This document shows, in pieces, positions 36,542 through 46,048 of a stretch of DNA of 64,000 nucleotides. This DNA comes from Gemmatales bacterium. GTDB taxonomy: Bacteria; Planctomycetota; Planctomycetia; Gemmatales; HRBIN36. The position numbers were made by a program, and so were the translations under genes. The stretch spans positions 1,214,660-1,278,659 of the forward strand of contig JAXMBC010000001.1 in NCBI GenBank assembly GCA_046350055.1. Reading direction: 5' to 3'. Below the pieces are notes generated by a model. That model did not search any database and was not told the DNA's origin. It saw only the letters and a list, made by a program, of their open reading frames with translations. Within the stretch, counting starts at the first letter, position 1, and each line of letters opens with the position of its first letter.

Positions 36542-37933
36542 CTACTCAGTTTCAATGACGGCTGGTTCAATCACCCGCATCCTGCGCCACGGACCCCACA
36601 GAAACCGACCGAAGATAAAGAGCATCAGCACGATCAGGTAGATCACAGCAAAGTTCCACGCCCAGAAAAAGCCCCAGCCCAGGACGTAACTCAGGTAGAC
36701 CGGCAAGCCCAGGGTGAACAGCCCGCAGCCCAGATACAGCCAGGAAATAAAGGCAGTGTCACCTGCCCCACGCAGGCTGAATGCCAGCAGAACATTGACT
36801 CCATCAAAGGCAGCGTAGGCGGCTACATACCAAAGTAGCCCCGGTATCAGGGCCGAGACTTCCGCCCAGATTTCCGGCTCCTTGTCACTGGCGAAGAGAC
36901 TCAGAATCGGACCGGGGGTAAGAGCAGTCAACAAACCCATGCTCGTCATGAAGATCACCGTGACTACGATGCCGATCCAGATGCCGCGCTCCGCCAGGTC
37001 AGGGCGTTCTTCTCCCAGACGCTGGCCCACATACACACCAGACGCCTGCCCCAGCCCAAGCATGGGAATGAAGAAGAGGGCATTGATCACAAAGACGTTA
37101 CTGGTCGCAGCCAGCTCCGCCTTGCCGAACCATCCCACCATCGTCGTGAAGAGGGTCCAGGCAATCAGGTCGAAAGTTGACTGGAAGCCATTGGGCATGC
37201 CGTACTTGACGAGTTTGAAGAATAAAGGCGTATTCCATCCTCGGCCCCGCACGGTGGCAAATTGCTCATCGTACTGGTGTCGCATGAAGAGGTAGAGCCC
37301 GCAGAGTGCTGAGGCAGTACACCCTGCGACTGTAGCCCAGCCTGCCCCGACGATCCCCTCTTCCGGAAAGCCGAGCTTGCCAAAGATCAGACAGTAATCA
37401 AGCAGCCCATTCACCACGCAACCGATGGCATTGATCCAGATAACAGTGCGGGTATCCCCACGCCCCGAAAAAAACGAACATACCGCTGCAGTGACGGAGA
37501 CAGGCAGGCCGCAGAAGCACAAGCAGAAGAAGTAGTCCGCTTCGAGAGCGACGAGCTTGGGGGAATGCCCAGCCAGCGCCATCAGCGGCGTAGCAACAGG
37601 GGCCAGGCAAATCATAGCCAACCCGCCCAGGATACACCAGTAGATTGCTTGCCAGACGATAGGCCCGATCTTCTCAAACTGCCTGGCCCCGAAGTACTGG
37701 GCAACAAACGTGGTAGCAAAGCTGCCCGTGTTCTGCACAAAGATCACCGGAATCCACAGCAACATCGACGAAGCCAGCGCTGCAGCGGAGGCATCAGGGT
37801 CATACTGGCTGAGGAAAGTGCGGTCGATGACAATCTGAATGCTGAAAAACAGATTGCTGAGCATGAGCGGCCAGGCGAGGCGCAGCACTTCGCGCAAGAT
37901 CTGGACACTGGAGTGAGTGGCTGAAGAGGTCAT
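36542..37933 (-). CDS. MATE-family efflux transporter
   Basis: A 463-aa ORF with 12 hydrophobic helices and a MATE-like N-terminus (LRLAWPLMLSNLFFSIQIVIDRTFL). Confidence 0.75.
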   Translation of the reverse strand: MTSSATHSSVQILREVLRLAWPLMLSNLFFSIQIVIDRTFLSQYDPDASAAALASSMLLWIPVIFVQNTGSFATTFVAQYFGARQFEKIGPIVWQAIYWCILGGLAMICLAPVATPLMALAGHSPKLVALEADYFFCLCFCGLPVSVTAAVCSFFSGRGDTRTVIWINAIGCVVNGLLDYCLIFGKLGFPEEGIVGAGWATVAGCTASALCGLYLFMRHQYDEQFATVRGRGWNTPLFFKLVKYGMPNGFQSTFDLIAWTLFTTMVGWFGKAELAATSNVFVINALFFIPMLGLGQASGVYVGQRLGEERPDLAERGIWIGIVVTVIFMTSMGLLTALTPGPILSLFASDKEPEIWAEVSALIPGLLWYVAAYAAFDGVNVLLAFSLRGAGDTAFISWLYLGCGLFTLGLPVYLSYVLGWGFFWAWNFAVIYLIVLMLFIFGRFLWGPWRRMRVIEPAVIETE

Positions 37934-38035
37934 GCGGAAGAGACAACCTCTGGTCGAGACAGGTTCGAGTGTGGAAATGAAGCAAGCCGTCTAAGGTAAT
38001 CCTCAGACGGCTTGGTGTACTCAGGGGTGAGCAGC

Positions 38036-38221
38036 TTACTCGCTGCCAACCATCGCCAGGGCTTCGCGAATCTGTTTGCGAAGCAGGTTCGCCTTGGGAG
38101 GAATGCCCATCTTGGTGGGGCACTTCCGCAGGGCGGCTCGTTCCAGTCGCTTGGCAATCTTCCGACGCTTCATGGCCCGTGTTTCCGGGCGAACGCCACC
38201 GTATCGTTTAATGCTGCCCAT
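38036..38221 (-). CDS. small basic hypothetical protein (61 aa)
   Basis: An Arg/Lys-rich ORF downstream of rpmE. I recognised no family. Confidence 0.35.
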   Translation of the reverse strand: MGSIKRYGGVRPETRAMKRRKIAKRLERAALRKCPTKMGIPPKANLLRKQIREALAMVGSE

Positions 38222-38238
38222 GCTTCGCTTCGCTCCGC

Positions 38239-38359
38239 AGTAGCTATTAGCAGGAAGCTAGTAGCTAGTAGATTCGTGATGTTGTTTCGTAACAGCAGAC
38301 CTCGAAAGGCCCGCAAGGTTGGTATTCTTCCAGCTACTAGCTTCTTGCTACTAGCTACT
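38239..38359. repeat. long inverted repeat (30-bp arms, 61-nt spacer) just downstream of rpmE
   Basis: AGTAGCTATTAGCAGGAAGCTAGTAGCTAG (38239-38268) matches the reverse complement of 38330-38359 at 27 of 30 positions. The arms are CTAG/TAG-rich. Confidence 0.75.
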
Positions 38360-38368
38360 TTATCGCAG

Positions 38369-38650
38369 CTACTTGGCTGCTGCTTCTTCCTTCTTCTTGC
38401 CGTAGTTGGCGAAGCGCTTGTTGAAGCGATCGATCTGACCGGCGGAATCGAGCAGCTTCATCTTGCCCGTGAAGAAGGGATGGCTGGCGGAGGAGATGTC
38501 AAGCTTCACCAGTGGATAGGTCTTGCCATCGCTCCACTGAATCGTGTCCTTGGTCTTCACCGTGGAACGGCAGAGGAACGCAAAGTCAGCGGCGGTATCT
38601 TTAAAGACGACTTCACGATAGTCGGGATGAATCTTGTCTCGCATGGTCAC
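38369..38650 (-). CDS. rpmE: 50S ribosomal protein L31 (type B; no CxxC zinc motif)
   Basis: It reads [16 protein letters not shown]...[19 protein letters not shown]. Confidence 0.85.
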   Translation of the reverse strand: MTMRDKIHPDYREVVFKDTAADFAFLCRSTVKTKDTIQWSDGKTYPLVKLDISSASHPFFTGKMKLLDSAGQIDRFNKRFANYGKKKEEAAAK

Positions 38651-38689
38651 ACCTGGTGGTCTGATAATGAGCTGCTGGCAGGCAGCTGG

Positions 38690-38857
38690 TTACATCTTGC
38701 CTTCTTTGTACAGCACGTGCTTGCGCAGGGTCGGATCATACTTCTTCAGTTCGAGCTTGTCCGCCACATTGCGCCGATTCTTTTCGGTATAATAGCAATG
38801 CTTGCTTTCGCTGCTTTGCAGCTTGATGATCCCGCGGACATTCTTATCTTTGGCCAT
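38690..38857 (-). CDS. rpmG: 50S ribosomal protein L33
   Basis: The sequence is MAKDKNVRGIIKLQSSESKHCYYTEKNRRNVADKLELKKYDPTLRKHVLYKEGKM. The start was moved from the track position 38932. Confidence 0.85.
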   Translation of the reverse strand: MAKDKNVRGIIKLQSSESKHCYYTEKNRRNVADKLELKKYDPTLRKHVLYKEGKM

Positions 38858-38987
38858 GTGCTCGCTCCGAACATCCCGGCTCACCGTTCGATACCGGTTA
38901 GTCAGTATAGCAGTGAGCGAAATACTGGCCATTGTGGCTGGGGAAATTCATGGGCAGATATCGCAAGATGTTGCCCTGTAAGGGTTT

Positions 38988-40001
38988 ATGTCGCTAGCAG
39001 AATTACCGCCGAATCAGCGACTCATCGACAGTTATGGTCGTGTGCACAACAACTTGCGCATCAGTGTGACGGACCGATGTAATCTCCGATGCATTTACTG
39101 CATGCCCGAAGAGGTGGTCTTCCTCGATAAAGGCGACCTTCTTTCTTTTGAAGAGATGACTCGTTTCGTCAGCGTGGCGGCCTCGCTGGGCGTGAACAAG
39201 CTGCGCCTGACTGGCGGTGAACCGCTGCTGCGGAAAGATCTCGCAACCCTCGCTGCCATGCTCAGTCGCATCCCCGGCATTAACGATCTGGGGCTGACCA
39301 CGAATGGACTTCTCCTGGCCCAGCAGGCCCAGGCACTGTTTGATGCAGGGGTGCATCGCCTCAATCTGAGTCTCGATACCCTCGATCCGAACCGGTTCCG
39401 CGAACTGGCCCGGCGGGACGGACTCGACCTGGTTCTGCGAGGGATTGAGAAAGCCCAGTCGGTCGGGTTCGCCAACATCAAGGTGAATGCGGTCATCATC
39501 CGTGGCATCAATGACATGGATGTAGTACCCCTTGCTCGTTATGGCCGCGAACAAGGCGTCCAGATGCGCTACATCGAATACATGCCGATTGGTGCCGAGT
39601 CGTGGGAACGAAGCAAATGCTACTTCGCTCACGAGATCATGGAACAGCTGGAGGAAGCTTTCGGTCCGCTGCTGCCTGCCCACGACTATGATCCGCGCCA
39701 CCCTGCAATGGAATTCGAGTATGCCGATGGTGGCGGGCGCATCGGGATCATCGCCAGTGTCTCCCGTCCGTTCTGCAAGCAGTGCAATCGTCTGCGACTC
39801 ACGGCAGACGGCAAACTGAGGCACTGCCTCTTTGCCCTGGAAGAGGACGATGTCAAACCGCTATTGCGGGCCACGACGTTTGATGAGGCAGCCCTGGCAT
39901 CACTGATACAAGGCAATGTAGCCAGCAAGTGGGAAGGGCACGAGATCAACAGTGCCCAGTTCGTGAAGCCCGGCCGGACGATGCATGCGATTGGCGGGTA
40001 A
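38988..40001 (+). CDS. moaA: GTP 3',8-cyclase (molybdenum cofactor biosynthesis protein A)
   Basis: It has the radical-SAM motif CNLRCIYCMP, the LRLTGGEPLLR motif and the C-terminal cluster motif CKQCNRLRLTADGKLRHCLF. Confidence 0.9.
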   Translation: MSLAELPPNQRLIDSYGRVHNNLRISVTDRCNLRCIYCMPEEVVFLDKGDLLSFEEMTRFVSVAASLGVNKLRLTGGEPLLRKDLATLAAMLSRIPGINDLGLTTNGLLLAQQAQALFDAGVHRLNLSLDTLDPNRFRELARRDGLDLVLRGIEKAQSVGFANIKVNAVIIRGINDMDVVPLARYGREQGVQMRYIEYMPIGAESWERSKCYFAHEIMEQLEEAFGPLLPAHDYDPRHPAMEFEYADGGGRIGIIASVSRPFCKQCNRLRLTADGKLRHCLFALEEDDVKPLLRATTFDEAALASLIQGNVASKWEGHEINSAQFVKPGRTMHAIGG

Positions 40002-40092
40002 GTCTCTGTATTGTGCTTAACAAAGCATGCGACTCGGGTGCCACGGTTTTCGTGTACGCACGATAACCGTGCCAATTCACCGCTAACAACGA

Positions 40093-40656
40093 TTACGGAT
40101 GTACTTTGTAACTCTGCCAGCGCGCCGATGTCCCCAGCGTACCGCTCCATTGTTCAACATAGCCACGATCAAGCATGCTGCCGCGCTGCAGGATTAGCCC
40201 TCGAATATCTTCCGCATCCTTGGCGCGTTCCGAGAAGAGCTTCAGCAAGATGATATCTTCCGCACTGGCAACACGAATGCTGAGGCCATTCAGTTGAATA
40301 TACCTGGCTCGCTGCATGATCGATTCAGCCCAGTCACCATCGACTGCGATCATGTCAATAGTGACAAGTCGTTGTTCTACCTTGATATGTGAGCGGAGGA
40401 TGTACATGTGCGGAAATGGCAATTGCTCGGGTTCAAACACAAAGAATGCCCTGCCATCCTTGACCAGTGCTTCCTGCAGAACGGTCCGATCCATGGCGAC
40501 AATGAAATCGACATCCGAGGTGCTGCGCGGCTGACCATAGACTGCCAGCGCCATCCCACCGATTAGAGCGAAAGGCACTTGATGACTTGAGAGAAAACTA
40601 CTTGCTACTTTGAGCGATTCGATCAAATCCGAATGCTTCAGGTTTGAGGAGTCCAT
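40093..40656 (-). CDS. nucleotidyltransferase-fold protein (MNT/DUF6036-like)
   Basis: It has IGGMALAVYGQPRSTSDVDFIV, which fits the GG...G..R.T.D.D NTase signature. Confidence 0.55.
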   Translation of the reverse strand: MDSSNLKHSDLIESLKVASSFLSSHQVPFALIGGMALAVYGQPRSTSDVDFIVAMDRTVLQEALVKDGRAFFVFEPEQLPFPHMYILRSHIKVEQRLVTIDMIAVDGDWAESIMQRARYIQLNGLSIRVASAEDIILLKLFSERAKDAEDIRGLILQRGSMLDRGYVEQWSGTLGTSARWQSYKVHP

Positions 40657-40861
40657 AGGCCTTCCATTTCTCCAGGCGGTAGCGCTCCAGCCGTTCCCAC
40701 AGGATATTGTTCACTTCCACAGGTGTGGCTTCGGGAAAATCGGCAACCACACCCGCCCGCGCGAGTTGCAGATTGAGATCACACAACCTGATGCCCTCAA
40801 GTAGACGCTGGCTTAGCACTTCGGGTGTTTCGTCGGGAAACATACGCCTCTCCTGCACCAC
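40598..40861 (-). CDS. small hypothetical protein overlapping the NTase gene start
   Basis: An 87-aa ORF that overlaps the downstream ORF by 59 nt. It may be a partner of the NTase. Confidence 0.35.
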   Translation of the reverse strand: MVQERRMFPDETPEVLSQRLLEGIRLCDLNLQLARAGVVADFPEATPVEVNNILWERLERYRLEKWKAYGLLKPEAFGFDRIAQSSK

Positions 40862-41026
40862 GATAGTCTATAGTTTTCCACGAATCAGTTCATTCCATGA
40901 CTGTCATCACCTTCATTTCTCAAGTTAGTCTTCATGCATGGCCGTTCTCTTTCGCAGTGCCTTGGTTTGTTGTATCGTTCAGATAGAATTGAAACATCTA
41001 ATCACATCTGAAGGGTACGCTATCCC

Positions 41027-41581
41027 ATGAAGCCCAGGAAGACAGTGAACGATGCGCAGGCTGTCTACAGCCTCGTGGAGCAGCGGTTTGTCGAACTCTG
41101 GGGCGACATGAGTTCCTGGTGGGGCGTCAGCCGTACCATGGCCGAGATCCACGGTCTGCTGTTTATCACCGGCACCCCTCACTCGGCCGAAGATATCCAG
41201 AACAGCCTGGGTATCTCGCGTGGCAACGTCAGCATGAACATCCGCACGCTGGTGGAGTGGGGCCTGGTTCGCCGGGTACGCAAGCGTGGCGACCGGCGTG
41301 ACTACTACGAATCGCTGACCGATGTCTGGGAAATGTTCACCGTGCTGGCAGCCCAGCGGAAACGACGGGAAATTGACCCCATCGTGAAAACGCTGAAACA
41401 GTGCCGGACGGATCTCGACAGTCTGGAGAAGGGCAAGAAAGAGACCCCCGGTCATCATGTGGCCCGGGTCGATGAATTGCTCGGCTTCCTGCAGACCGTC
41501 GAGAAGGTGGCAGAGCACTTCTTCAAGCACAACGAAGGGTTGCGGGAAGCCATGCAGTTGCTCGCCCAGGCGGAGGTGTAG
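41027..41581 (+). CDS. GbsR/MarR-type winged-helix transcriptional regulator
   Basis: WGVSRTMAEIHGLLFITGTPHSAEDIQNSLGISRGNVSMNIRTLVEWGLVRRV forms a wHTH. Confidence 0.65.
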   Translation: MKPRKTVNDAQAVYSLVEQRFVELWGDMSSWWGVSRTMAEIHGLLFITGTPHSAEDIQNSLGISRGNVSMNIRTLVEWGLVRRVRKRGDRRDYYESLTDVWEMFTVLAAQRKRREIDPIVKTLKQCRTDLDSLEKGKKETPGHHVARVDELLGFLQTVEKVAEHFFKHNEGLREAMQLLAQAEV

Positions 41582-42595
41582 TCACGGGCTGATCCGCAGC
41601 CACGTCTCTTCCAGCACTACCGTCAGTACCAGCAACACCAGCGCAGCGAGCAGAAACCAGGGACGGGTCTCCATGTGCTCAGCATACACAAAACTGGTGA
41701 TGCGTGACTTCTCCATGGAATCCAGTTCTCGACTGATCTGCGCCAGACTGGTCCCATCGCTAGCCAGGCTGGCAGCACCCTGAGTCATCTGTGAAACACT
41801 TTTCAGTATCGCTTCCGCTCGCTGTTGCTCTGCCAGACGATCCGGGTCGTTGCCAGCAGATCCAGTGAGAAAGATCGTATGCACCCGGATGCCCAGTGCA
41901 GCAGCAAGCTGCGCTGCCTGCCGGGGTTTGAGGGCGTCCTTGTCGAGTTCGGCAGGTACGGTGTGTTCGCCATCGCTGATCAGGATGATGGCGCGACTGG
42001 CTGGTTGCGAGCGCTGCAGCAGATCAACCGCCACCCCCAGTGCATCGCCAATGTTCGTGCTGCTATCAGGCACCGTGCCGATGGGCTTGGCCTGATCGAG
42101 AAAGTACCTGACCGAACTGTGCGTAAGCGTCGGTGGGCAGATATCAATCGGCCGGGCAGCGAAGGTGACTAAACCGATCGCATCGTTGCCTCTTGCAGTC
42201 CGGTCGTCCGTACTGTCAAGAAACTGCTTGATGACTGTGACCGCAGCTTGCAATCTCGTCACCGGACGACCTTCCAGCAGCACATCGGTTTCTCCCATGC
42301 TGCCACTGACATCCAGGACAAACATCAGTGCGATACCTTCGCTGGGTATAGCGCTGCCTGGCAGTGGCCAGCGTGGCCCCAGCAGTGCCAGCCACAGGCA
42401 CAGTGCCGTCAGCAGTCGGCCTGTCAGCGGCCACCATCGTGCCCAGGCAATACGCGGACTTTGATCGCCAGCAGGCAGGAAGCGCAGGTCCGGGTGTCGT
42501 AATGCAGGCCGGTGCTTCTCCCGCCACCACCACAGCGGGGCGACTAGGAAGACGAACGGGAGGAACCACCAGGCAAGAGGCCAGGCTGAGGTCAT
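41582..42595 (-). CDS. VWA-domain membrane protein (BatA-like)
   Basis: It has N-terminal TM helices and the MIDAS motif VLDVSGSM. Confidence 0.7.
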   Translation of the reverse strand: MTSAWPLAWWFLPFVFLVAPLWWWREKHRPALRHPDLRFLPAGDQSPRIAWARWWPLTGRLLTALCLWLALLGPRWPLPGSAIPSEGIALMFVLDVSGSMGETDVLLEGRPVTRLQAAVTVIKQFLDSTDDRTARGNDAIGLVTFAARPIDICPPTLTHSSVRYFLDQAKPIGTVPDSSTNIGDALGVAVDLLQRSQPASRAIILISDGEHTVPAELDKDALKPRQAAQLAAALGIRVHTIFLTGSAGNDPDRLAEQQRAEAILKSVSQMTQGAASLASDGTSLAQISRELDSMEKSRITSFVYAEHMETRPWFLLAALVLLVLTVVLEETWLRISP

Positions 42596-42700
42596 GCTGT
42601 CTTCCTAGCGGCAATCGCAGGGTGGGTCGAGTTTGATTCCGCTCGATCATATGTCCACGACGGTTTCGCGCGCCCCACCCTGCGCGGATCGTCATCGCAC

Positions 42701-43558
42701 TCAGCGCCAGCCGAATTCCTTACGAAGCCAGTCATTCAGTGGACGCCAACTATCCTTCTTCTGACGCTTCCAACATGCGAATCCATGCATGCCACAATAC
42801 TGACCATCACGCCAACCCAAATCTCGTAGTTGCGGATCTTCTTGAGGCAACCTCTGTACAGGAAGCCATGCTATCTCTTCTGCAGGGTACTCTTCTATCT
42901 GATCTCGGTGAATACTCAGCACGAGTACGCGGCGATATACTCTCCAATAACCCTGTACATGGTGCCGTTCCACTACTTCTTTGAGCTTACATTGCATCAC
43001 CTTACTTGCCGGTGGCAGACGTTTGCCGATCCAATCAAGGAAGACAACAATCGGACAATAGCCGACTTGTTTGTCTCCCTGTCGGTCAATGACGTACATC
43101 AACACCTTGTTCCCGGAACGTAACGTGTACGGGAAGATCCTGCCCACTGGCCATTCAAAGGAATCATTCCAGGTCTTCTTCGGAACTCGGATGGTCTTTG
43201 CTGCCGGTGGTGTCGAAAGCAGCCTGTCTCGGAGCTTTCCCAAGGCTGCCTTGCGACGGGGAGTGGTACCACTCATATCGCGTTGCGCCCAGCGTTTCAG
43301 AGCAGTGCCATTGTCGATGAGTTTGATTGCGCGCTGCTTAACACGCTCTTCCACACGGCCCAGGTCCCATTGCGTTGCAGCGAGTGCCAGCCAACAGGAA
43401 GGTCCGTCGTCGTAGTCCTTCACTTCCTCCCGAAAGTCGCGCAGTACTTGTCTGGTTGCCTGCGAACCGGATAGACCTTGTTCGAGTGCTTCACGATAGG
43501 CTTCGCGTATATCACACGCGATATCTTCTTGAAACAGACCGGCACCCCAAGCCCCCAT
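42701..43558 (-). CDS. hypothetical protein with a DUF4259-like N-terminus
   Basis: The N-terminus is MGAWGAGLFQEDIACDIREAY. Confidence 0.5.
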   Translation of the reverse strand: MGAWGAGLFQEDIACDIREAYREALEQGLSGSQATRQVLRDFREEVKDYDDGPSCWLALAATQWDLGRVEERVKQRAIKLIDNGTALKRWAQRDMSGTTPRRKAALGKLRDRLLSTPPAAKTIRVPKKTWNDSFEWPVGRIFPYTLRSGNKVLMYVIDRQGDKQVGYCPIVVFLDWIGKRLPPASKVMQCKLKEVVERHHVQGYWRVYRRVLVLSIHRDQIEEYPAEEIAWLPVQRLPQEDPQLRDLGWRDGQYCGMHGFACWKRQKKDSWRPLNDWLRKEFGWR

Positions 43559-43598
43559 GATCAGCCCTCATCAGTCGTGAGTTCCCGAACCTATGTAG

Positions 43599-45434
43599 TT
43601 ACGGCCCACCCAGCGATCGCTGTAACACTTCCTGCGTCAACACCTGCCGCTCGGCGTTCCCGCCCGGTTTGGCGTACCAGAACGAGGTCGCGCAGTAGTG
43701 CAGGTTGGTGTTCGGGGCATCGGCTCGCACTTCCAGCTCGTGTCGCAGAGCAGACTGGAAGGCGATGCGGTCGAGCAGCCTGGCACGGAAGAGGCTGGTG
43801 TGACCTTCATGCCCCTGCACGGAGCCGTCATGCCGGGGCTGAGCACGCCAGGGCAGGCTGAACAGTGTCTTGTCTGCCCACCCGAGACCGAAATCGTCAT
43901 CGGTGCCAGTGCCCCAATGACTGGGAAACGTGCCTCCGTCGATCCAGACCTTGCTGTCTCCCTCGCCCCACCAGTCTTTCAGCGGGTTGAAGACACTCAG
44001 CAACGTACCAACGTGATGGCCTTGACCCTGTAACTGCAGCAGGTGCCAGTCCTGAAACGGTCTGCTTTGAAAGCTGGCCGACTGCCAGCTGGTGTGAAAA
44101 TGCAGGCTCCGCTCGTTCCACCGGTAAGGTACATGCGTCAGGGAGACTTGCACGTTGACATTTTGCCCTCCCAGGTTCTTGAGCGTGAGTCGGGCATTGC
44201 GGGCATAGGGCATGATCCAGTGGCAGGTCAGCTTGCCGGAAGCAGTAACACGCAAAGGCAACGTGGAGAGTGGATTGCACCCCGGTCCGGTGCCGAAGAA
44301 GTCGCCCAGCGGTGCGAGTACTTGTGGCGACTTGGCACCATCGAAGTTGATCGTGAGTACCACCTGTCGCAGCGCTTCAGTCAGTCGTTCTGCCTGTACC
44401 TGCGCTTCGATTTGAACGATGGCTCGATTCGTGGCCTGCCCCGGGGGTTCAAGCAGATCCAGGGTTCGTTCCTGGCCCGGGTCCAGGCTGCCAGCTTCCA
44501 TGACAGCACGTTTGACGGCGTCCGTATCACCAGGCTTCACGCCTCCGAGTTTCGTTGCCCATTCACCAGCGCTCGGCGTCTGCTGCGCTGTCAATGCTTC
44601 ACCAAGTGCATTCAGTTGCTTCTCGTGTTCAACCACGTCTGCCACATTCCACGATTTGACCGCAGTGCCTTCCGGATAGCGACGGTAGCTGATCTGGTAT
44701 TGCAGCGTGGGGCGCTCAACCACGACGAGGCACCGCGATTGAAAAGGAAGGGGGTAGAGCATCTCATAACCGCGTGCCTTCACCGACGCCCAGGGGCTGG
44801 GGATGGGCTTCATCAGCTTTCCCCCATCATTGAATTGCCACTGTCCACTCAGCAGTTCCAGCAGCTTGGAATCAATGACGGGGCCAGGTTGATCGTCGAG
44901 GTAGATCTTCACCCGTCCTGCTTCACCGGGGTTGGAGGACCAGAAACGGGTCAGGCAACCGGGGCCTGCGATATCGGCCAGCACCGGACCGGATGGGTGA
45001 GGCGTGAAGGCTGCAGCATCGATGTAACCCTGATGCGACGCAGCCTGACCTTCACCATCGTAGGAATAGACATACAAGGCACCAGGGACATTCCTCCGGT
45101 GCCGTGCGATACCGACCTTGGTACCTGCGGGAAGCTTGCCTGTCGGTTTGCTGCCTCGTTGCGGAGGCTGGGCATAATAGGCAGTCTCAGCGTTCACCAC
45201 ACCTTCGTATAACGCGTGTCCCCGATCATGATTGGCGAACCAGGTTTCAGGCTGCTGAGGCGAGACACTGGCCCGGTCGTAACTGCTGACCTGATGCGTC
45301 GTGAACGGGATGGCAGGCGTTTCCAGCAGCGTGGAGAGATCGCTGGTTTCCTGCAGCAGGCTCAGCCAGTCGATACTCTTCGCGGGAGGTTGGCAGAGGA
45401 GTGTGAGGATCAACAGCAGCATGCAGCCATCCAT
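43599..45434 (-). CDS. DUF2961-family secreted protein (putative glycan-active)
   Basis: It has a signal peptide and the WWGEGDSKVWIDGGTFPSHWGTGTDDDFG signature. Confidence 0.65.
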   Translation of the reverse strand: MDGCMLLLILTLLCQPPAKSIDWLSLLQETSDLSTLLETPAIPFTTHQVSSYDRASVSPQQPETWFANHDRGHALYEGVVNAETAYYAQPPQRGSKPTGKLPAGTKVGIARHRRNVPGALYVYSYDGEGQAASHQGYIDAAAFTPHPSGPVLADIAGPGCLTRFWSSNPGEAGRVKIYLDDQPGPVIDSKLLELLSGQWQFNDGGKLMKPIPSPWASVKARGYEMLYPLPFQSRCLVVVERPTLQYQISYRRYPEGTAVKSWNVADVVEHEKQLNALGEALTAQQTPSAGEWATKLGGVKPGDTDAVKRAVMEAGSLDPGQERTLDLLEPPGQATNRAIVQIEAQVQAERLTEALRQVVLTINFDGAKSPQVLAPLGDFFGTGPGCNPLSTLPLRVTASGKLTCHWIMPYARNARLTLKNLGGQNVNVQVSLTHVPYRWNERSLHFHTSWQSASFQSRPFQDWHLLQLQGQGHHVGTLLSVFNPLKDWWGEGDSKVWIDGGTFPSHWGTGTDDDFGLGWADKTLFSLPWRAQPRHDGSVQGHEGHTSLFRARLLDRIAFQSALRHELEVRADAPNTNLHYCATSFWYAKPGGNAERQVLTQEVLQRSLGGP

Positions 45435-45451
45435 CCGAAGAGGGTCACCCT

Positions 45452-45473
45452 CTCCCCCTGTACTCAGGGGGAG
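45452..45473. repeat. GC hairpin with a TACT loop (terminator/REP-like)
   Basis: CTCCCCCTG-TACT-CAGGGGGAG, flanked by the direct repeats AGGGTCACCCT and AGGGGGTCACTCT. It lies between the GNAT stop and the next gene start. Confidence 0.6.
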
Positions 45474-45491
45474 GCGGAGGGGGTCACTCTT

Positions 45492-45965
45492 CTACTGTAG
45501 TTGCATTTCGTAGTAGATGCTATTGGGATCGAGACGGTATTCGCCGAACGGGTCTCGGCGCTGAAAGCCGAAGCGTTCATACAGCTTGATCGCCGGGTGC
45601 TGGTGAATGCCTGTCTCCAGCCGCAAAATACCGATACCATGTTGTTGAGCGAACGTGCCCAGGTGACGGAGCATCGCCTGGCCGTATCCCCGTCCCTGAT
45701 GCTCCGGACGAACGAACATGCGTTTGACTTCGCCGTAGTCGCTGAAGAGCTTGATGCCGCCACAGCCTACCGGAATGTCACCCGCGTTCATCACGAAGAA
45801 GTCGACCTGTTGTGCTACGAGCTTCTCTACGCTGAAACCATGTCGACTCTGGGCCGGGTAGCCGAACGATTCGAGATGTGCTTCCAGCTCGTTGATGAGC
45901 TCCACTGCAGCCGGAGTGTTTGGCATCACTTGCTGAATGTGAACAGGCATGAGGATGCTCCGCAA
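45492..45965 (-). CDS. GNAT-family N-acetyltransferase
   Basis: It has the QGRGYGQAML acetyl-CoA motif and is 157 aa long. Confidence 0.8.
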   Translation of the reverse strand: MRSILMPVHIQQVMPNTPAAVELINELEAHLESFGYPAQSRHGFSVEKLVAQQVDFFVMNAGDIPVGCGGIKLFSDYGEVKRMFVRPEHQGRGYGQAMLRHLGTFAQQHGIGILRLETGIHQHPAIKLYERFGFQRRDPFGEYRLDPNSIYYEMQLQ

Positions 45966-46048
45966 CCGATATCCCAGTTGTACAGGTGCAATCTGCCGGG
46001 GTCCTGCAAGGGTTCGATTTCTTTGCCACGGTAACTATCCTACCTCCT

